From NCBI GenBank assembly GCA_051294905.1, contig CM119372.1, positions 19,408,001 through 19,472,000 on the forward strand: a DNA stretch of 64,000 nucleotides. Direction: 5' to 3'. A program made the translations under genes and the position numbers. Under the pieces are notes generated by a model, which saw nothing but the letters and a program-made list of their open reading frames with translations, had not been told where the DNA came from and searched no databases. This DNA is from Botryllus schlosseri (taxonomy: Eukaryota). This document shows, one piece after another, positions 1 through 15,300 of the stretch. The stretch's first letter is position 1. Each line of letters begins with the position of its first letter.

Positions 1-1440
1 AGAAACTACATTCGCTGCATCTTTTCTTGGTCACGGGATCCTGGCAGACTTTTGTCGAAGGATTTTGATCACCATAGGCATATGTTGTATTGGCACCTAT
101 CCCTCTCTTTATAGCCTTACGCTGGCATAAGGCATTTACTGAGTAACTGACTTGGCTAATATCTGGATTCCTGCTGTATCTCATCAAGACCACTGTTAAA
201 AGGCAATCATTAATTCAGGTCAAAATTCTTGAATAATAATAATGAATGTCAACTGAAGTTACCAAAGATACAAATGCTGCTTCCAGAACATCTTGTGTTA
301 GGACTCTGAAAGATACTGATTCCATAACACCATTCAAAAGCCAAATTGCTAGCTTGAGCATGTTCTTGGTCCATATTTGTATAGAACTCTGAACTTGGTG
401 TTCACTTTTGGCCTTCTTGAAATTGGATGTACATTTCACCTACTTGTTATTAGTGGTAACTAAAGTGGAACCACATAGTCGGGTGGTTATAATGGGACGT
501 ATGAACATGGATGTATTTTCTGCCAAAAATCTCAACATTTGTAACAGATATGCTGGAAAATATAAGAATATTTCAATCTACTCAGAATTGCTTCGTGGGC
601 CGGATGAAATCGTGTGGCGGGCCGGAGGCGGCCCGCGGGTCGTATCTTTGACACCCCTGCTTTACATTACAGTAAACCCCACAGTGATAGCAGTAGCAAT
701 TGTCAAATTGGTAAAGAAATACCATGGCTTATACAATTCCAACAATAACAGGTAAAGAAATACCATGGCTTATACAATTCCAACAATAACAAAAAAGCAA
801 AGACTTTCAACAGCATCATGATTGAAACAAGAGATTTGAAAGTACAGAAAATGGTGCTAAAAGAGCATATTGTTCATTTTTTAAAGCTATCTCGCTAAAA
901 TTTTAAATCTTTTTTTGCTTCTCGTGCAATGCAAACTTCGCAAAATTGTGAGAACAGATGTTATTCAGTGTTTCATTGCCTTGTCCATGACATCCTCAAC
1001 CTCATTTAGGTCTGAACCAAATTGAAGTGATACAGTGTAAATCAATTCGTTATAGAATGGATCGCATTGAAATGCCTCAAGTACCCTGAAAAAATTTATC
1101 TTTTTCGGGGGTTTTGTCATTTCTTTACTGTGGATAACATAAAAGCGGAGAACTATGCCATGAAACTGTTCAGATGGGCTCTTCAATCCACTGTCTTTCT
1201 TCCACATCACTTTAATGAGGTTTCCGGATGGCGCTGCAGTTGTTACTTGTTAGGCATGTGGCAATTGCTTCGTTGGCTTGCTTAGAAATGGCTCCCAAAA
1301 GCACTCCACCAATATATTGAAGTATGTCTAAAAACACATCAAAGTTTTTCCATGGAAAGGCAAAGTATAGGCTATTTACTTACCAGATTCCTTGCTGTTG
1401 ACTCCTCCAATGTCTGTGATTGGATGCTGGTCTTTACCCT
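1..1440 (-). pseudogene. Possible decayed, intron-containing P-element/THAP9-like transposase relic
   Basis: Exon-like pieces ESD-ILQYIGG (GT-AG junction), LIKV...GLKSPSEQF, RVLTQDVLEAAF and RNPDISQVSY resemble P-superfamily motifs; frameshifted, and motif order is not canonical. Confidence 0.3.
710..791 (+). repeat. 41-bp tandem duplication
   Basis: ggtaaagaaataccatggcttatacaattccaacaataaca twice. Confidence 0.9.
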
Positions 1441-3668
1441 GCCAGTCATCCCCAAATGCCAAAGTGATACGGCCGAATCAGCCATGACACCGACTTCTAT
1501 GCGTGACGAATTATGATCTAATTCTGGCGAAAAATATAACAGAGGCTACATGGTATTATTCACTAGTCATAACGACTCGCCACCGCTACCTAAATGTTGA
1601 ACTGCCCAAGTAAATCCGCCGCAACTTCAAGAAATACACGACGAATCGCCTTGAACGCCATAGAAACAAGCACTGAGCGATCCTGTTTTGGGTGCAGCCA
1701 TCTGACCGTGACCATTCTGCCGGCTAACAATGGGAGAACAATCGAGTCGTCACTCCAGTCATACTCTATAGTGGAACCATACAACTTTTTCCAGACACAA
1801 ATATGTTGATTGGATGCAGTACATAAACTGCGGTTCATGGAAGAATTGTGATATAAGTAGATGTAGGGTATGTACTAATTATATTGTTACAGTAATTGCT
1901 GGGTAAAGCGGCACCGAAGTGATCTGGTGATCATCGAGTTTACCACAGCTATTTTGATTCCGTATGATCTGCATTGAAGATGTAGCACTGAATATTGAAT
2001 AATTATAATACAATGAGTATTGCAAAGAACGAGTTAAACGCAACGCATAAAATATGATAGTTGAAGCTACGTAAAGCGACGAAGGCCTAAAAATAGGTAC
2101 AAATATAATAGGCGTATCAGACTTACGTTTACTCTCAGTAGTGTAGAACTATATATAATGGGTCATTGGGTCATGCACATATTCATATCTAACTCCAACG
2201 TTCATTCACCAAATATGCGGTAATGGTAGACGTTTGAGAACGGTAACAGCGTTCGTTTAAATCCAGAGCTGGTAAAGTTAATCCTTGCAGTTTCGTGCGC
2301 GAAAACCCCACTGGATACAGATTTATACACATATTAATCAGGAACTCACGCAAGAAACCACCCGCGTGTTTATATTGACATCGCAGCAATTTGCACCTTG
2401 CAGTGTATGAGCGAAGAATGATCTATCTAGGTCAAATCTATCCTGGAGGGCAGAGATCAATACGTAGCAGGTTCGAAAACAAAACGCATGAAATATACAT
2501 TGGAGATGTGCCGATTGAATATGCTAACACGCAACAACAAATCCTGAATTCATTTGTATCACGTCCTAATCCAAACGTGCATCCGCCACTGACTCGAATT
2601 CATTCAAAAGTCGAATGAACATTGTAAAGTATTGGAAATTCAATGTCTGAATCTAAATCTAGCTCAGCAACTGCAGTTAATCTACAGTCTATCGAAATCG
2701 TTTTTGAAAACCCAAATCAATTCTCTCCTTTAATACACATACGAACGTAAAATTCTTATCACACCAAAATCACGCCCTCGAGCGAGTACATACGTTGGTT
2801 GAATCGATACGCGGCAGCGTCTACATACGATACGTCTTTCTGTCAGCGCTGTCTGCATATGGAGTTCTCAAATAGCGGGTCGCGACCCAAATTTGCGTTG
2901 CGATTTTCATGATGGTTACAAGTCTCGCCATCACCGTTACCTGTAAATTCTAATCAGATGACGGGCTTTTCAACTACTAGAACAGTGGCCGGCAACCTGT
3001 GGATCTCGTCTTTTTTCTGAGGTCGCCATAACTCACAATATTCAATTCGCTACCGATACCGCGATATCAAGAAGATTGCTGCTTTTTTGGTCTAGTTCGA
3101 AACATTTAACTGTGTTTTTGAGTACGGATTGCTACACCGTGTCACAATTAATCTATCGTGGTACAATAATCAAAATCCGAATGGTTGCTGCGAGGACCGA
3201 GTCAACAACGCTTTGCCTTGGAAGGTAAAAGTTTTGTAGTAGAACAGAGCAGAAGCATTCACGATGGTGCTTTACATTACAATTTTTTCAATGCACTAGA
3301 GAGCGGTGTAGCTCATGATTGGGAGTCAGATTCCCTACGAATAAAAATCGGTTTCACAAATATATTTTAAAATATAATTTAACTCGCGGGCCAGGGACTT
3401 TGGACATTATCCTAAATGTTGGATGTAATCCCTTAAATTGTAAAGTTAAATTTTGATTTATTCACGCGTGATTACTGCCATCTCAATTGTTGCTACTCGT
3501 CGGGACTATATCAATGAACTTTTTATTTTCGGCACCGACGGCACCCAGTGAAATTTAGTAGATTTCCGAATTCCCCATTTTTGCGGCTATCATCGGTTTC
3601 ACAATTTCATTCTTTGCTTTTGGACAGCCTATATATCGCGGCTCAAACCAGAGCAAATATCAAACGGA

Positions 3669-4638
3669 TAGGGGAAGATGTGGTACCGATGGATCAAAAA
3701 TTGCAAAATGATCTCTGGCTCTCAAATCTTCAGCCGAGAATAGCAGATCTTTTGCTGTCCCAATACTTCGATACAAGCTCTACCTATCGCGGACATTTAC
3801 ATAAATATCCGCCTTTTCAAAAAATATTTATAAACGTTTAAAATTTGTTGCTCGAACGTGTCATCGGTCCCCACCCGGTGGGTCCAAAGGCACACGACCG
3901 TGGGACCTATGAGACATACGCTCAAAAACTCAAATTTGTTAACTTGTTTTGTTGTGTACGATAAGATAAGCTACAGCAAGCCAATGAAGAGTGTTTGGTC
4001 GCAACCTTCAAGAATAAAATAGATTATATCAACTCAAATGTGGGCATAAAATCATGTTTTGATTTACGCCTAAACTTACAAAATTAATGCCACACACATA
4101 TTACCCTCAAATCGACATTTTGACTTTCAAATACCTCGTAATAGCGATAAAACACCACAGGTAACTATGATTTACAGCCTATATATATATATGTAGGCGA
4201 GTTTATGCTGTTAAGTGATTAGTTGGTCCATCTATTTTCCTTGATTTGGCTATGGTACTATAGGTCCCCCACCCCATAAATATTGTAATTGACTTGAAAA
4301 TAGTCCACTCGAGGATGGTATTGATTCAAAAAATATGTGCCATTATATACCCTGATACAAGCCCTATACTTCACATCAAAAATTATGGCGGGTTTGTTAG
4401 TCTGAAAGGTGATATAGAAAAATGCAAATGTCGATCCAAATTTACTTTACACCCCCTAAAACGTAAATCATTCGTCACAGACCCCATAACTCACGCAGGT
4501 CGAATTTTTTTGCATGTGAGGAAAGATTCTGTTAGCATGTAATTGTAGACAAATTCACGGAGTGTAATCATGGAATTATCATGGAGAATTTTTCAAGTAT
4601 TTTCGGTCCCTGTGATCCATCGGTACCACATCTCCCTA
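3669..4638. mobile_element. TA-flanked MITE (Tc1/mariner-pogo-like)
   Basis: TIR core agatgtggtaccgatggatca/tgatccatcggtaccacatct, with TA at both outer ends. Confidence 0.65.
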
Positions 4639-4712
4639 TGTCATGAGAAATAAACTGATACCGCTACGCTATCTCGCCACGTATTTGTCTCAGTTAGTAA
4701 AAGCCTTGGATT

Positions 4713-5365
4713 AAGGGTTGCATTTAAACAAATGGTTGTTTAAAACGCTGTGTTTAAAACATATTTTAAATAGTGTTTTAAACAAAAGCCCTTTTAAAAA
4801 AATTGTTTTTGTTTTTTGAAGTTGTAAAATCATGCCATAATTGTGTAAACAACTTTTTAAAAAACGTGTTGTATGAGCATGTGGACAACTTCCACCCGCT
4901 ATAGCCGACGTATACGATATGGGATGATTAGTCTGTAGGGTTGCATTTAAACAAATGGTAGTTTAAAACATATTTTAAACAGTGTTTTAAGCAAATGCCC
5001 TTTTAAAAAATTGTTTTTGTTTTTTGAAGTTGTAAAATCATGCCATAATTGTGAAAAAAACATGTTGTAGGAGCCTAAGAACGATTTCCACCCGTTATAG
5101 CCGACGTATACGATATGGGATGATTAGGGCCCGCAAAATAGTCGGTGCAATAGCTATAGTATGTAGATATTTCGGCAAAGGAGCTATATTCGTCTTTTTT
5201 TTCAATTGTCAATGTCATTCCACTATGACATCACAATTGAATATTCGTGACGTCATAGTTTGAAAAAATACATAAAATAAAAACAATAAAAAAACAAGTT
5301 TTAAACAAGGGCCTTATTTTAAACAAGTTTGTTTTAAATTGATTTTTGTTTTAATTGCAACCCTA
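4713..5365. mobile_element. TTAAAAC-motif hAT MITE with an internal tandem duplication
   Basis: Ends aagggttgca/tgcaacccta, near-perfect TSD cttggat(t/g); the left about 220 bp is duplicated (4713-4935 and 4936-5127). Confidence 0.7.
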
Positions 5366-5952
5366 CTTGGATGTAAAGAGGTGTATTCATTTCACAATAC
5401 CGGACATGATTATTTTTGACTGTTTTGGCATCGCTACCCGAATTAACCATATCTCTGCATACAAACTCCTTTCAGTTCTTGTTGACAATTTTATCCAAAA
5501 CTTTAATAAAAAGCTGTATTTAAAAAAATTTGGCATTTTCAAAATTATATTTTAGGCAGTTTTGGAATATGGAACCCGAAATGCCAAAAATAATAATGCC
5601 TGCTAATGACCATAAAAGGTCATCACTTCGTCGTGACTGCCAAATCCGCATATAGCATATATTGGTCTATTTTGGTGTAGGCTACTTACTACTAAATATT
5701 ATTATTCTTGTGCCAACTAAAAAAGGCCTCCAGCCCCGCACGTGGTTGATTACGTCCTAATATTTCAGAGGCTGATTAGTGACTAACAGTTCGGCACCTC
5801 CACAAGCGTCACCTGCAGGATATGAGCCACTAATTTCTCATGCACCATTGTGCACCTTTTGTATACTGGTTCATCCCATGGACATTTTGATGCACTCTAG
5901 GGCGCACCGTACACATCGACTGAACACCAGCACTGGCCTAATCCACCTAGAA

Positions 5953-7368
5953 CAGTGGTTCCCAAACGGTGGGGAATTTAATGGTTTCAGGTGGGGAATA
6001 GACGCATTTGTTCAAAATTATATACCTACAGGACAGTCTACATATTCACGGAGACACATGCGCAATCACCGGTACCAGTTAACTGCTCTGGAATGTATGT
6101 ATCGAAAATTATACTGCGTGTTGTTCACAAAACCTCATTTTTAACTCTGGGGGCCAATGATGGCGTCACAAACGCATCCAGTACGACTATAGTTTGACGT
6201 GAAATAACACTATCTTGAAATTTCGAGCGTTACTGGTATCGGTTCACAATACGTTTTATGTTGCAGTTACAGGCGATTGACTTACGTACTGATGTGGTTG
6301 TGTGTCTTGTGTAGTCAAACCAGCAAATAGCTGCTCTGTGATGACAAAAGTGCTGGGTAGTGGGGAGCAGGACCGTAACTGCCGCACCCCAAACCCCCCA
6401 ATTAGGGGGGCGAGCTCGAAGGGGCCCAAAATTATTTCGTGAATCAACATAAATTAAAGTATTTTTTTAATTTATGCCACTTTTACAAAAAAATTTCGCA
6501 CTTGGTGCGCGATTTAATATTGCCGAATATCTGATTATTGGGTACCTTTCCCCCACGAAAATACGTAGAATTTATAGAAATGGAGACTTCGGCGTCGGCC
6601 ATTATTGCGCCACGACGCACCAAAGCATATGAAGTTATAGGCCATGTAACATGCAATTCCGAGAAGTGTGCCAGAAGGATCAGCAACGAGAAGACCTTGA
6701 CCGAGAAGGAATGCCCTTGATATATATACAATACACATATATGTTTAATTGGCTGAATGGCTGGCGCCGAATGTTCCTGTCTGGGCGATCTGAGCCCCAA
6801 AGGACAAATGCCATCCCGCAGGGAAAAATTATTTGCCAGTAAAGCAATACCAATTTGAAATCGTGTGTGCCTTTTACTTTTGGCGATTTCCATATCTTTT
6901 GACATAGCAGATTTAGGAGGTCACGAATAGCATAATGCAACGAAGTCAATATACCAACGGGTCCGCCCGAGGATGTTCAATTCTTATTTAGGGGTCCTTC
7001 CTTTTCCAACACACCTCACTCAGCTCTACCGGTAAATCTGATTACGTGAGCAGAGAGGGGATAAAAAATTGATAGCAAAATATATGCAATTCTCGATCAT
7101 ATTGGCCGATTCAAACACAAATTATATAAATCTTTCGCGCTTCGCGCGTTTAGTCGAAATAATGCGACGCACTAAACAGTAGATCCAATGTAGCTTATAA
7201 GTTACAGGGAAAAAGCTTACAGGCTCAGCGGGGCTGAGGTGGTTCTGGGGGCCCAATACCAACGTTTTTGTGGCGGGGCTAACACAGTGCTCTTACGGTC
7301 CTGGTGGGGAATGAAGGCTCGGAATAGATATGAAGTGGGGAATGAGACAAAAAGGTTGGGAACCACTG
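5953..7368. mobile_element. Buster/Charlie-type hAT non-autonomous element
   Basis: TIR cagtggttcccaa/ttgggaaccactg, perfect TSD acctagaa. The interior (about 6370-7140) has an inverted paralogue at about 20900-22075. Confidence 0.85.
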
Positions 7369-7775
7369 ACCTAGAAGTAGGCTACGTCATAGCGAAGTCA
7401 ATTCTAATTTCTTCCAGCATATGATATTCATCTAATTCTGAACATTTGGCCATCATTTCTTTCCTGATTGTAATTAGTATAAGTGTGTGGCGGTTCATGA
7501 CATGTTTATAGCTCAGTGTGAACAATGCAGAACACCCGAAGAAAACGCTAAATCCCTATCTGCATTTGCGAACCTGCTTCAAGATGACCTTATCATGTCA
7601 TTTTCGCTTTAATTATGACCTACTCAATCTAACCGGATATGCGCATTACGCAAGGCATAGCAACATCCATCTGTCAACGACAACGTGACAACATCTGTAA
7701 ATATGAGAGTAATCCCTCTTTTGTACCACGCGCAATCAGTTCGTCGAATATGCATCATATCTGATGACAACATAA

Positions 7776-9115
7776 CAGTGTTGGGATCAAGTCACTACCT
7801 TCGAGTCACGAGTCATCTCGAGTCATTGCACATTTTGACTCGAGTCAAGTCAAGTCAATCGATTTTCAAAGGTGACTCGAGTCAAGTCAAGTCACTCGTT
7901 TTTTGGAGGTGACTCGAGTCAAGTCAAGTCAAGTCAAGTCAAGTCACGAGTCAAGTCACAATTCAAGTCAAATTGAATTTTCGAAGTATGAGTGATCATT
8001 ATATTTTACTAGCTGTGTTAGAGAGATCAATTGGTCATTTATCTTGAATCAAATAACGAATATAAAGTTAAATATACACGCAAAAATGCTTTGTATCGCT
8101 CACGCACACGAAGAACTGATAATAAAATATTTCAGTAACTAGCTACATCATGGGTGTCAAACATACGACTCGCCAAATATTTCATTCGGCCCGCGAAGAA
8201 ATTCTGAGTATATGTTGAAAATTGCGTAATTTTATCCAACAAATTTATCGAATTTGTAGTAAGAAATAGGCGTACTACTAATAAATATTCCTTCAAGATA
8301 GCAAATTTCGAGTATGTTCAATTGCTCATAGGTCACATTATAACCACCCGACAGCGGAGTTGTGATTGTAGGATTCGTCAGGAGAAAATCGCTGACATTG
8401 ATACCCAATTCCGAGAATGTGAAAAAGTGCATATATTGAGTTGAGCGAGTTAGTAATATTTTGGAATTATTTGACTGGTGCGGCCCGCGAGTGATCTGAA
8501 TATTTGAATTCGACGCACAACATCAGTTGAGTTTGACAACTCTGAGCTACATGCTACATTCTCTTATTATCAGCCAAAATAGAGGATCGAATACGAAGCC
8601 TCGAGAAGATGAAAGAAATTGATATCGAAAAATACACTTGTCATCCATACACATCCGTGAGGACAGAATATATTTGTTCGATTTAAATCACCGTGTAATG
8701 TAAGGACAGAGCCGTCCAATAAACATCGATACGTTGCTATTAAATTAATGTGCTACTACGACAACGCAAAGTATGCTCATTTCGTTTGCGGTCAGTGTAT
8801 TTGCCATGTAACAATGTAGGATTAGTGAAACGTACAACCAGTGAATGGCTGGTTACTCTCACAAGTTACAACGGCGTATCGTGAATAATCCGAACAAGCA
8901 CAAAATACATTGATTAGTCGACACCGTTTACTTGATGACTTGAAATTGACTCGTAAATTTTGGTCCGAGTCACGAGTCAATCCACATTTTTGAAGTGCCG
9001 AGTCAAGTCAAGTCAAGTCATTTTTGCAAAGTGACTCGAGTCAAGTCAAGTCATTCGAAAAAGTTGACTCGAGTCTGACTCGAGTCAAGTCATGACTCGA
9101 GTCATCCCAACACTG
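7776..9115 (+). mobile_element. hAT non-autonomous element, GACTC/CAAGT-motif family (copy 1)
   Basis: TIR cagtgttgggat/atcccaacactg, perfect TSD caacataa, subterminal gactcgagtcaagtcaagtc arrays. Confidence 0.9.
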
Positions 9116-9350
9116 CAACATAATGACATATAAATCTATGACTCCACTCGGTCGATTCTTTTTTCAATTGTTTAATATCGTGTTGCTATTATAAAGGATA
9201 TAACATGTTTAATGTTTAGTAAGCCTATCGTGCTGTAGCCCTCATTAGACATGCATAGCATAGCATTCATGCAGCCAAGGAATGATAAATCCCTAAGTAT
9301 ATACACGATCCATCAATATATCCAATGGTACGAGTATAGATAGATACTCC

Positions 9351-12300
9351 TCATTGTTTCCTTGCCGAAATCGGGCATGATGTCGGTCGAACTTTTGTTT
9401 CCACTCCAGCCGAAGTCAATTCGCCCGTAATTATCTGTTGAATCATTCGTGTCGTTCTTTGGTGCCTCGTGAATGCCCACACTGCATCATCACCTGTCGA
9501 ACAAAGCAAAGTGAAGGGTATTCTGTTATCGGCATTGGACTACAGTGGGTCGCACTAAAAGTCAACATGGTGTTAGCTAAAATAAATGTACGCGAAGGAC
9601 CGAAGTGATAATTGTAGCCGGAACATCCCAATATGATAAGAAACAAATCAAAAGATATATTCAATTAGTTTAGGAATAAGACTACGGCCGTAACCAAGTC
9701 ACGAGGCTCCGAGTCACAAGTCAATCTCACTTTTACAGTTTTGACTCGGGTCAAGACGAGTCATTTTCAATTCACCACCGAGTCAAGTCCGAGTCCAAGT
9801 CAGCGAACAGCGGGTCGAGTCCGACTCATGGTATTATGATTCGAGTCCGAGTCCAAGTCATTGTGTTGACTGCTCAGTGCTCAGTTTCCAGTTAAAGTCT
9901 TGTTAAAACCACTTTTCATAACTCAGTTTGGTGATATCGAATAGTTCGCATTTATAATATACTAATTTTCCTCATTTTAACAGTTTCTGGTCGCATTTTC
10001 AAATACCAGTTGGCTACCAATTAACGAAATCCCAATAGTGTGGTTATAACTTTACTATTGTTCGAAGTTACAATGAAATGTCGGTCTTGGACGTCTCAGT
10101 CTCGAGTCACATGACTTGGTTCGAGTCATACGCAATAACTCGAGTCCAAGTCGAGTCAATACACAGATTGACTCGAGTCGGGTCGAGTCGAGTCATTTCC
10201 GATTTTGATAAAATGACTCGAGTCAAATCGAGTCATCAGAAAATCGTGACTCGAGTCACTACAACCCTGGATAAGACACTTTTTCTGGGCGGTGACCCGT
10301 AGAAGGCCCGTGTCGATATAAACATATAGCTCTAGGACAGTGGTTCTCCTTTTAGTCTTTGCGGACCTCATTTGGACCTTCACGGACCCCCGTGGACCCC
10401 CCTCAAGATTTCATTCAAAATTAGCCCAATTATCGTACAACTGTCGTCTGTCTTGTGTAAATATTAACTGTAGGGTTGTGGGAAACAGCTACAAAATGAC
10501 TTTTCGTGAAAATAACATCATACTATGTAGAAATTGGGTAGACTTTAATTTCCGAAGCGAATTTTGCAGCTGTATTTACTGTCTTGAAAATCCCCGTCTT
10601 CGATTTGATATGAACGAGTGCCGGAAATATCTCCACAAATATAGGCGAATGTATGTAGGCCTAATATTTACGCGTAACGCTTCAGACTACAGCCTCAGCC
10701 TAGTCATTTCAATGTAGCATCTCATCTTGAAGCTCTTCTGGAATAGTGTTTATGTATATCACCGAAGAAAATGAATGCCGTGGCGAGGTTTCAATCCCTT
10801 CATTGGGCGAGATTAGGAAAAAACTCAGGAATTTCAGTAGGCTATTGGCAATTTGGCAATTAAAATGAGTTTGCACAGAAGGATATTTTAGATCAGACGG
10901 CTATTCTAATGATGTGAGTCCTGATGTTTTGGCAATTATGAAGCGAAACTGTCTCATGCTTCCCCTAATTTAAAAAGTACAAATTATGTCACGAATCATT
11001 TTTCAAATTTAGTGGTTTCGTGGACCCCCCAGGGGTCCGCGGATCCCCGGTTGAGAACCACTGCTCTAGGAATTGTCAAACGATGTCTAGCTTATATAAA
11101 TCGGGAATTGTGAGAAGTAGGCTACAATTCGGATCGGTGTTTCAAAAAGCATGAGCGCTTGGAGTCTGGTTGGCACTGTATCATGATCATTTTATTAATT
11201 TTTTTTTAATCAAATCAATACACCACACGATTGCGATATAATGAAAAGATAGGAGAGTGGTGCCGAAACGACTTGGAGTAGTCTTTAATCAGATACCCAT
11301 CTTGGCCTACAGACAGAGGCTACAGCATATAAATAATAGGCATGCACAATTGCACACTGGATAAAAGTAAGCGCCAAAAATGAATGCTGCATGTGTCAGA
11401 CGTCGGTAGGCTAGTTCGTTATGTCAGATTGTGGTTCCGGTAATCTTGAGGGCAGACTAGTATTGTATAACGCAGTCAAGCAAATATTATGATTTAGATT
11501 CGTCACGCCGTCCACATTTGTATTTGTGATTTTATCATGTCACAAACAGATATCGGAATGGTGTCCTAACCAGAAATGATGAATTCACGAGGATATGAAC
11601 TCGATTTGCTATCACCAAATGCAAAATACGTATTTTACAAAACCAGAGAGGGTACCTGTTTGATGTGGGCACGATCACACTAGTTGACCGGTCATCCCTA
11701 CTTCCCTATCCGATATGGCGGACTGACAAAATATATTTACCACTGTTAGGGGGCGATAGAGACGCACGGATGGACTGAGTGAGTGTTCCTGTTCACTGTT
11801 CAGTGGTCACTGTTCACGAGTGTCCTATCCAGTGTTGCTGTTGGAGTGTTGGTGGCATTCATGGTGGTTCGGCTACATTGGATTTTACACCAGGCCGATA
11901 TTCTGTATATAATATTCCGTATCTGCTGACTTTTAGCATGACCCAATTCTAGGCTTTTTAGACACCGCTTGGCTTATGCGGATCAGATGGCGAGGAGGAA
12001 CCTAGATAAACCTCCGACATCGGTAGGAATTCTGGAGACGACCTCGGTCGGACTCGAACCCTCAACTAAGTCGTGTGGAGCTGTGGAGTCGGTAGATTTT
12101 TCCACCGACTCCAACTCCAACTATTTTCTTAAGAAAACTCCGACTCCGACTCAGACTTCAACAGTATTACCAATTTACTTCGAAAATCATATGCCACAGT
12201 GACGGTTAAATGACCATCAATAACGATTAAACATATTCAAACATATCATTAACGATGCCAAATTGTTTCATTGTGGCACAGAATTATTAATTATGCAATT

Positions 12301-15300
12301 GACATGGAAAGGAAAGGCCGTAGTTTATTTTTGTCCTTGACGTTTTTGCGGCATATACACCGACTCATGATAGACATACACACGATCTGTGCATGCATAA
12401 TTGCATATGCATACCATGAGTGCATGATTTGCATATGCCGCTGGACAAGGAAAGTGCAGATATAGCCTTGTACGGCTTTCTAAGTCTTGCATCACCCCTC
12501 CATGCTATCCCAGTAATGCATGAGCGCCAAGCGAGGAAGTCATGGATATCAGTGTTACTAACGGGTCTTTTGTCTGACCCGGCCGGGGATCGAACCCACG
12601 ACCTACCGATCAAGAAGCCGGACGCTTGACCATTACGCTATCTTGTCGGTAGAATGCCTTTCTAAATATCCTTCCTTTTTCATATTTTCTAAGTTTTTAT
12701 AACATGGACTTTCTAATACCTTAATTTGTATGAATCATTCAACGATGACATAGATCCAATCCTGTATCATTCAAATGTAGATAAAACAATCGAAGTGTAG
12801 CTCTTGTGTATGAGTCAGCAACTTATACAGAGATGTAACTTACTAATTTTCTGATTACACACTATACTGATTACAAGCACACACACTCTCACTACTAGTA
12901 AACATTGGTCAGAAGCGAAATTTAGGAAGTAGTCAAATAGCACATGTCTATCTACCTACGTCCGACATGCACTTAGTCAAGTATTCGAGGACTAGGACTT
13001 GCATTCTTTCTTAATAATTTGTTCGACCCAAGCAGCTGAGCTACACTACAAATAGTTATAATTTTGTGCAGTGGAAAGCAGCGTGTGGTTGTATTTACAT
13101 CAGTTGAACAATTTTACAAAACTAGACGATTTGTTTGATCTGTCACAGTATCGTGGTATAATTCCAAATATTGCATCAATTTGTGACTGCATCGCCAAGA
13201 TGCATATTGCGATTTTCATCCTCTATGCAACTGAATTGCTATTTGCAAATAATGTCCAATTTTATCAATATCGTTAATAATGACAGTGATTGATGGTGTA
13301 TAAAAATCATATTCTAGGTATTATTAGTAATTTTAAGATAGCTTGAAAACAATTGTTTTCATAATAAAGAAGTCGGAGTCGGAGTCAGGGTCATTTTCAC
13401 AAACCCCGACTCCGACTCCAGCCACTATAGTTTTCACGACTCCGACTCCGACTCCGACTCCGAGGCGTGCTAAGAACAAACTCCGACTCCGACTCCATTA
13501 AGTGAAAAATTGCCATACTCCGAATCCGACTCCACAGCCCTGGGAACGTGAACCACAAGTAGGCCTACCACTGCGCTATCTCGCCATGCGGCTGAGTGAG
13601 TGAGTACCTTCTGGATCCCTAATCATAGGCTGTTCTGTTATTTTCATCCACTCAAGACACACAATTTACAATGCGATATACACGACACAATGCGGTGTGA
13701 TGAACCGAGGGGGGATGTCGAACAGCCCATATTGTGCGGTTTATCAGTAAAACATCCATAGTATTGCCCGATGTATACCATTGACCATGAAATGACCAGT
13801 TTGCAGTGACAGCTACCAGGCTTGCACATAGGCCTATATTAGAGTTACCATATTTCTGCAACCCAAATTCCGGACACTCTTTAGCGATCACTAGTGGATT
13901 TCAAAATGGGTTATGACGTCACACTGGCGAAACTTTGCTCATAGACCAGAGGTGGTCACGATCCGGTTCAGGAGTATGTGGCTGTGTGTTGTGTAACCGG
14001 GGCCGAAAGCCCATGTTTTCAGCCCCTTCCCGCCCAAATAAACAATGATTTTGAGCCCACACTATAGGGTAATCGATGCAACTTCTGGGGGGGAGGGTGC
14101 TTGCTATGTCAATCTGGTTTCTATATGCATCTGGTCGGTAAATATTTGAGTGAATTCTGTCAATAATATTGGTTATTCCATATACTACTATATAGATCAG
14201 AGTTGGATCAATTACATTATTTCAGTTCAATTACAATTACAATTACAATTACTTTCATGCATGTTTCAATTACATTACAATTACAATTACTCCATGCTAA
14301 AAATAGCAAATTACAATTACAATTACAATTACTCCTTGCATGCTTCAATTACATTACAATTACAATTACAATTGCTGTTGTTGAACATGTAATTGATTAA
14401 TCATAAATTCAACCGTGATCCTTGACAACCGTAGCGTCGTATTTAACAACAATTCAAGTCTAGTTCAGATTGTGTAGTAATAAATGCGTTTATGTGCGTA
14501 CATAGTATGCTATGTAAGATGTCATTGTGACGTAATATAAGCGTGTTTTGTATGCTCGGTAATTATGGCTCACGTAATTGGAAATGTAAAATGTTATTCA
14601 CCTAATTTCCTATGGGTTAGGATTAAGGATAGGGTGCAGTATGTCGTTGAAAAAGTATTATAATATATGCACGTGTTGGATTTGCGTATATAGTATATAA
14701 TTAAAGAAATAATATTATTTTTATCGAGGGACGTAGGAATTAGGATGAGGAGTAAAAACAAAACCGTGCTTTGTCAGATAAGACGTTATATAATATCCAG
14801 TGGTCTGGTTAGTTAGCCAGACGAAGAAACGATGCAGCATCGTGATCTGAAATCGTATTGTAGATTGCCAACCCACGGATAGATGCGCAAGATGTGAGTC
14901 ACGGATGAATGCACCGACAAACGTACTGCAGAGCCGCCTAAAAGCAGCAAACTTTGTAGTCCTAGAGCTGGCGATCCATGCGTCCAAATTTGATGCATCT
15001 GGTCTTTATCGTAAGCTATTGATGTACTGATTCCGAAAATACAAAATAAAATCTCGTCAGGGCAATGTAACTGGTCCAAAATAGCCGTTTAAGGCCGACT
15101 GTTCTGAAAAGTGAGAGCGCTGCAGCAGCATGACCACAACAATTGCCAATTACGCCCAGCGATTGTTCAGAACAATGCCGATTCCCAGACTTTCACGACT
15201 ATTTTGGGATGGTACCATTGCCTGGAATTATACTTTTATTGCGGAATCAGTGCGACACTAGCTTTCGATTAGGACCATACATATCAAATTTCGACGCTTG

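Noticed and set aside
12575..12649. tRNA-like sequence with A and B boxes
   Set aside because: No clean cloverleaf, and it continues into a SINE body that is absent from the sister repeat; a SINE head, not a tRNA gene.
14150..14400. Low-complexity ORFs (LQLQ, NYNY, ITIT); also RLRL/DSDS ORFs at 60920-63082 and SLSL at 26885
   Set aside because: Translations of hexamer or dinucleotide arrays.
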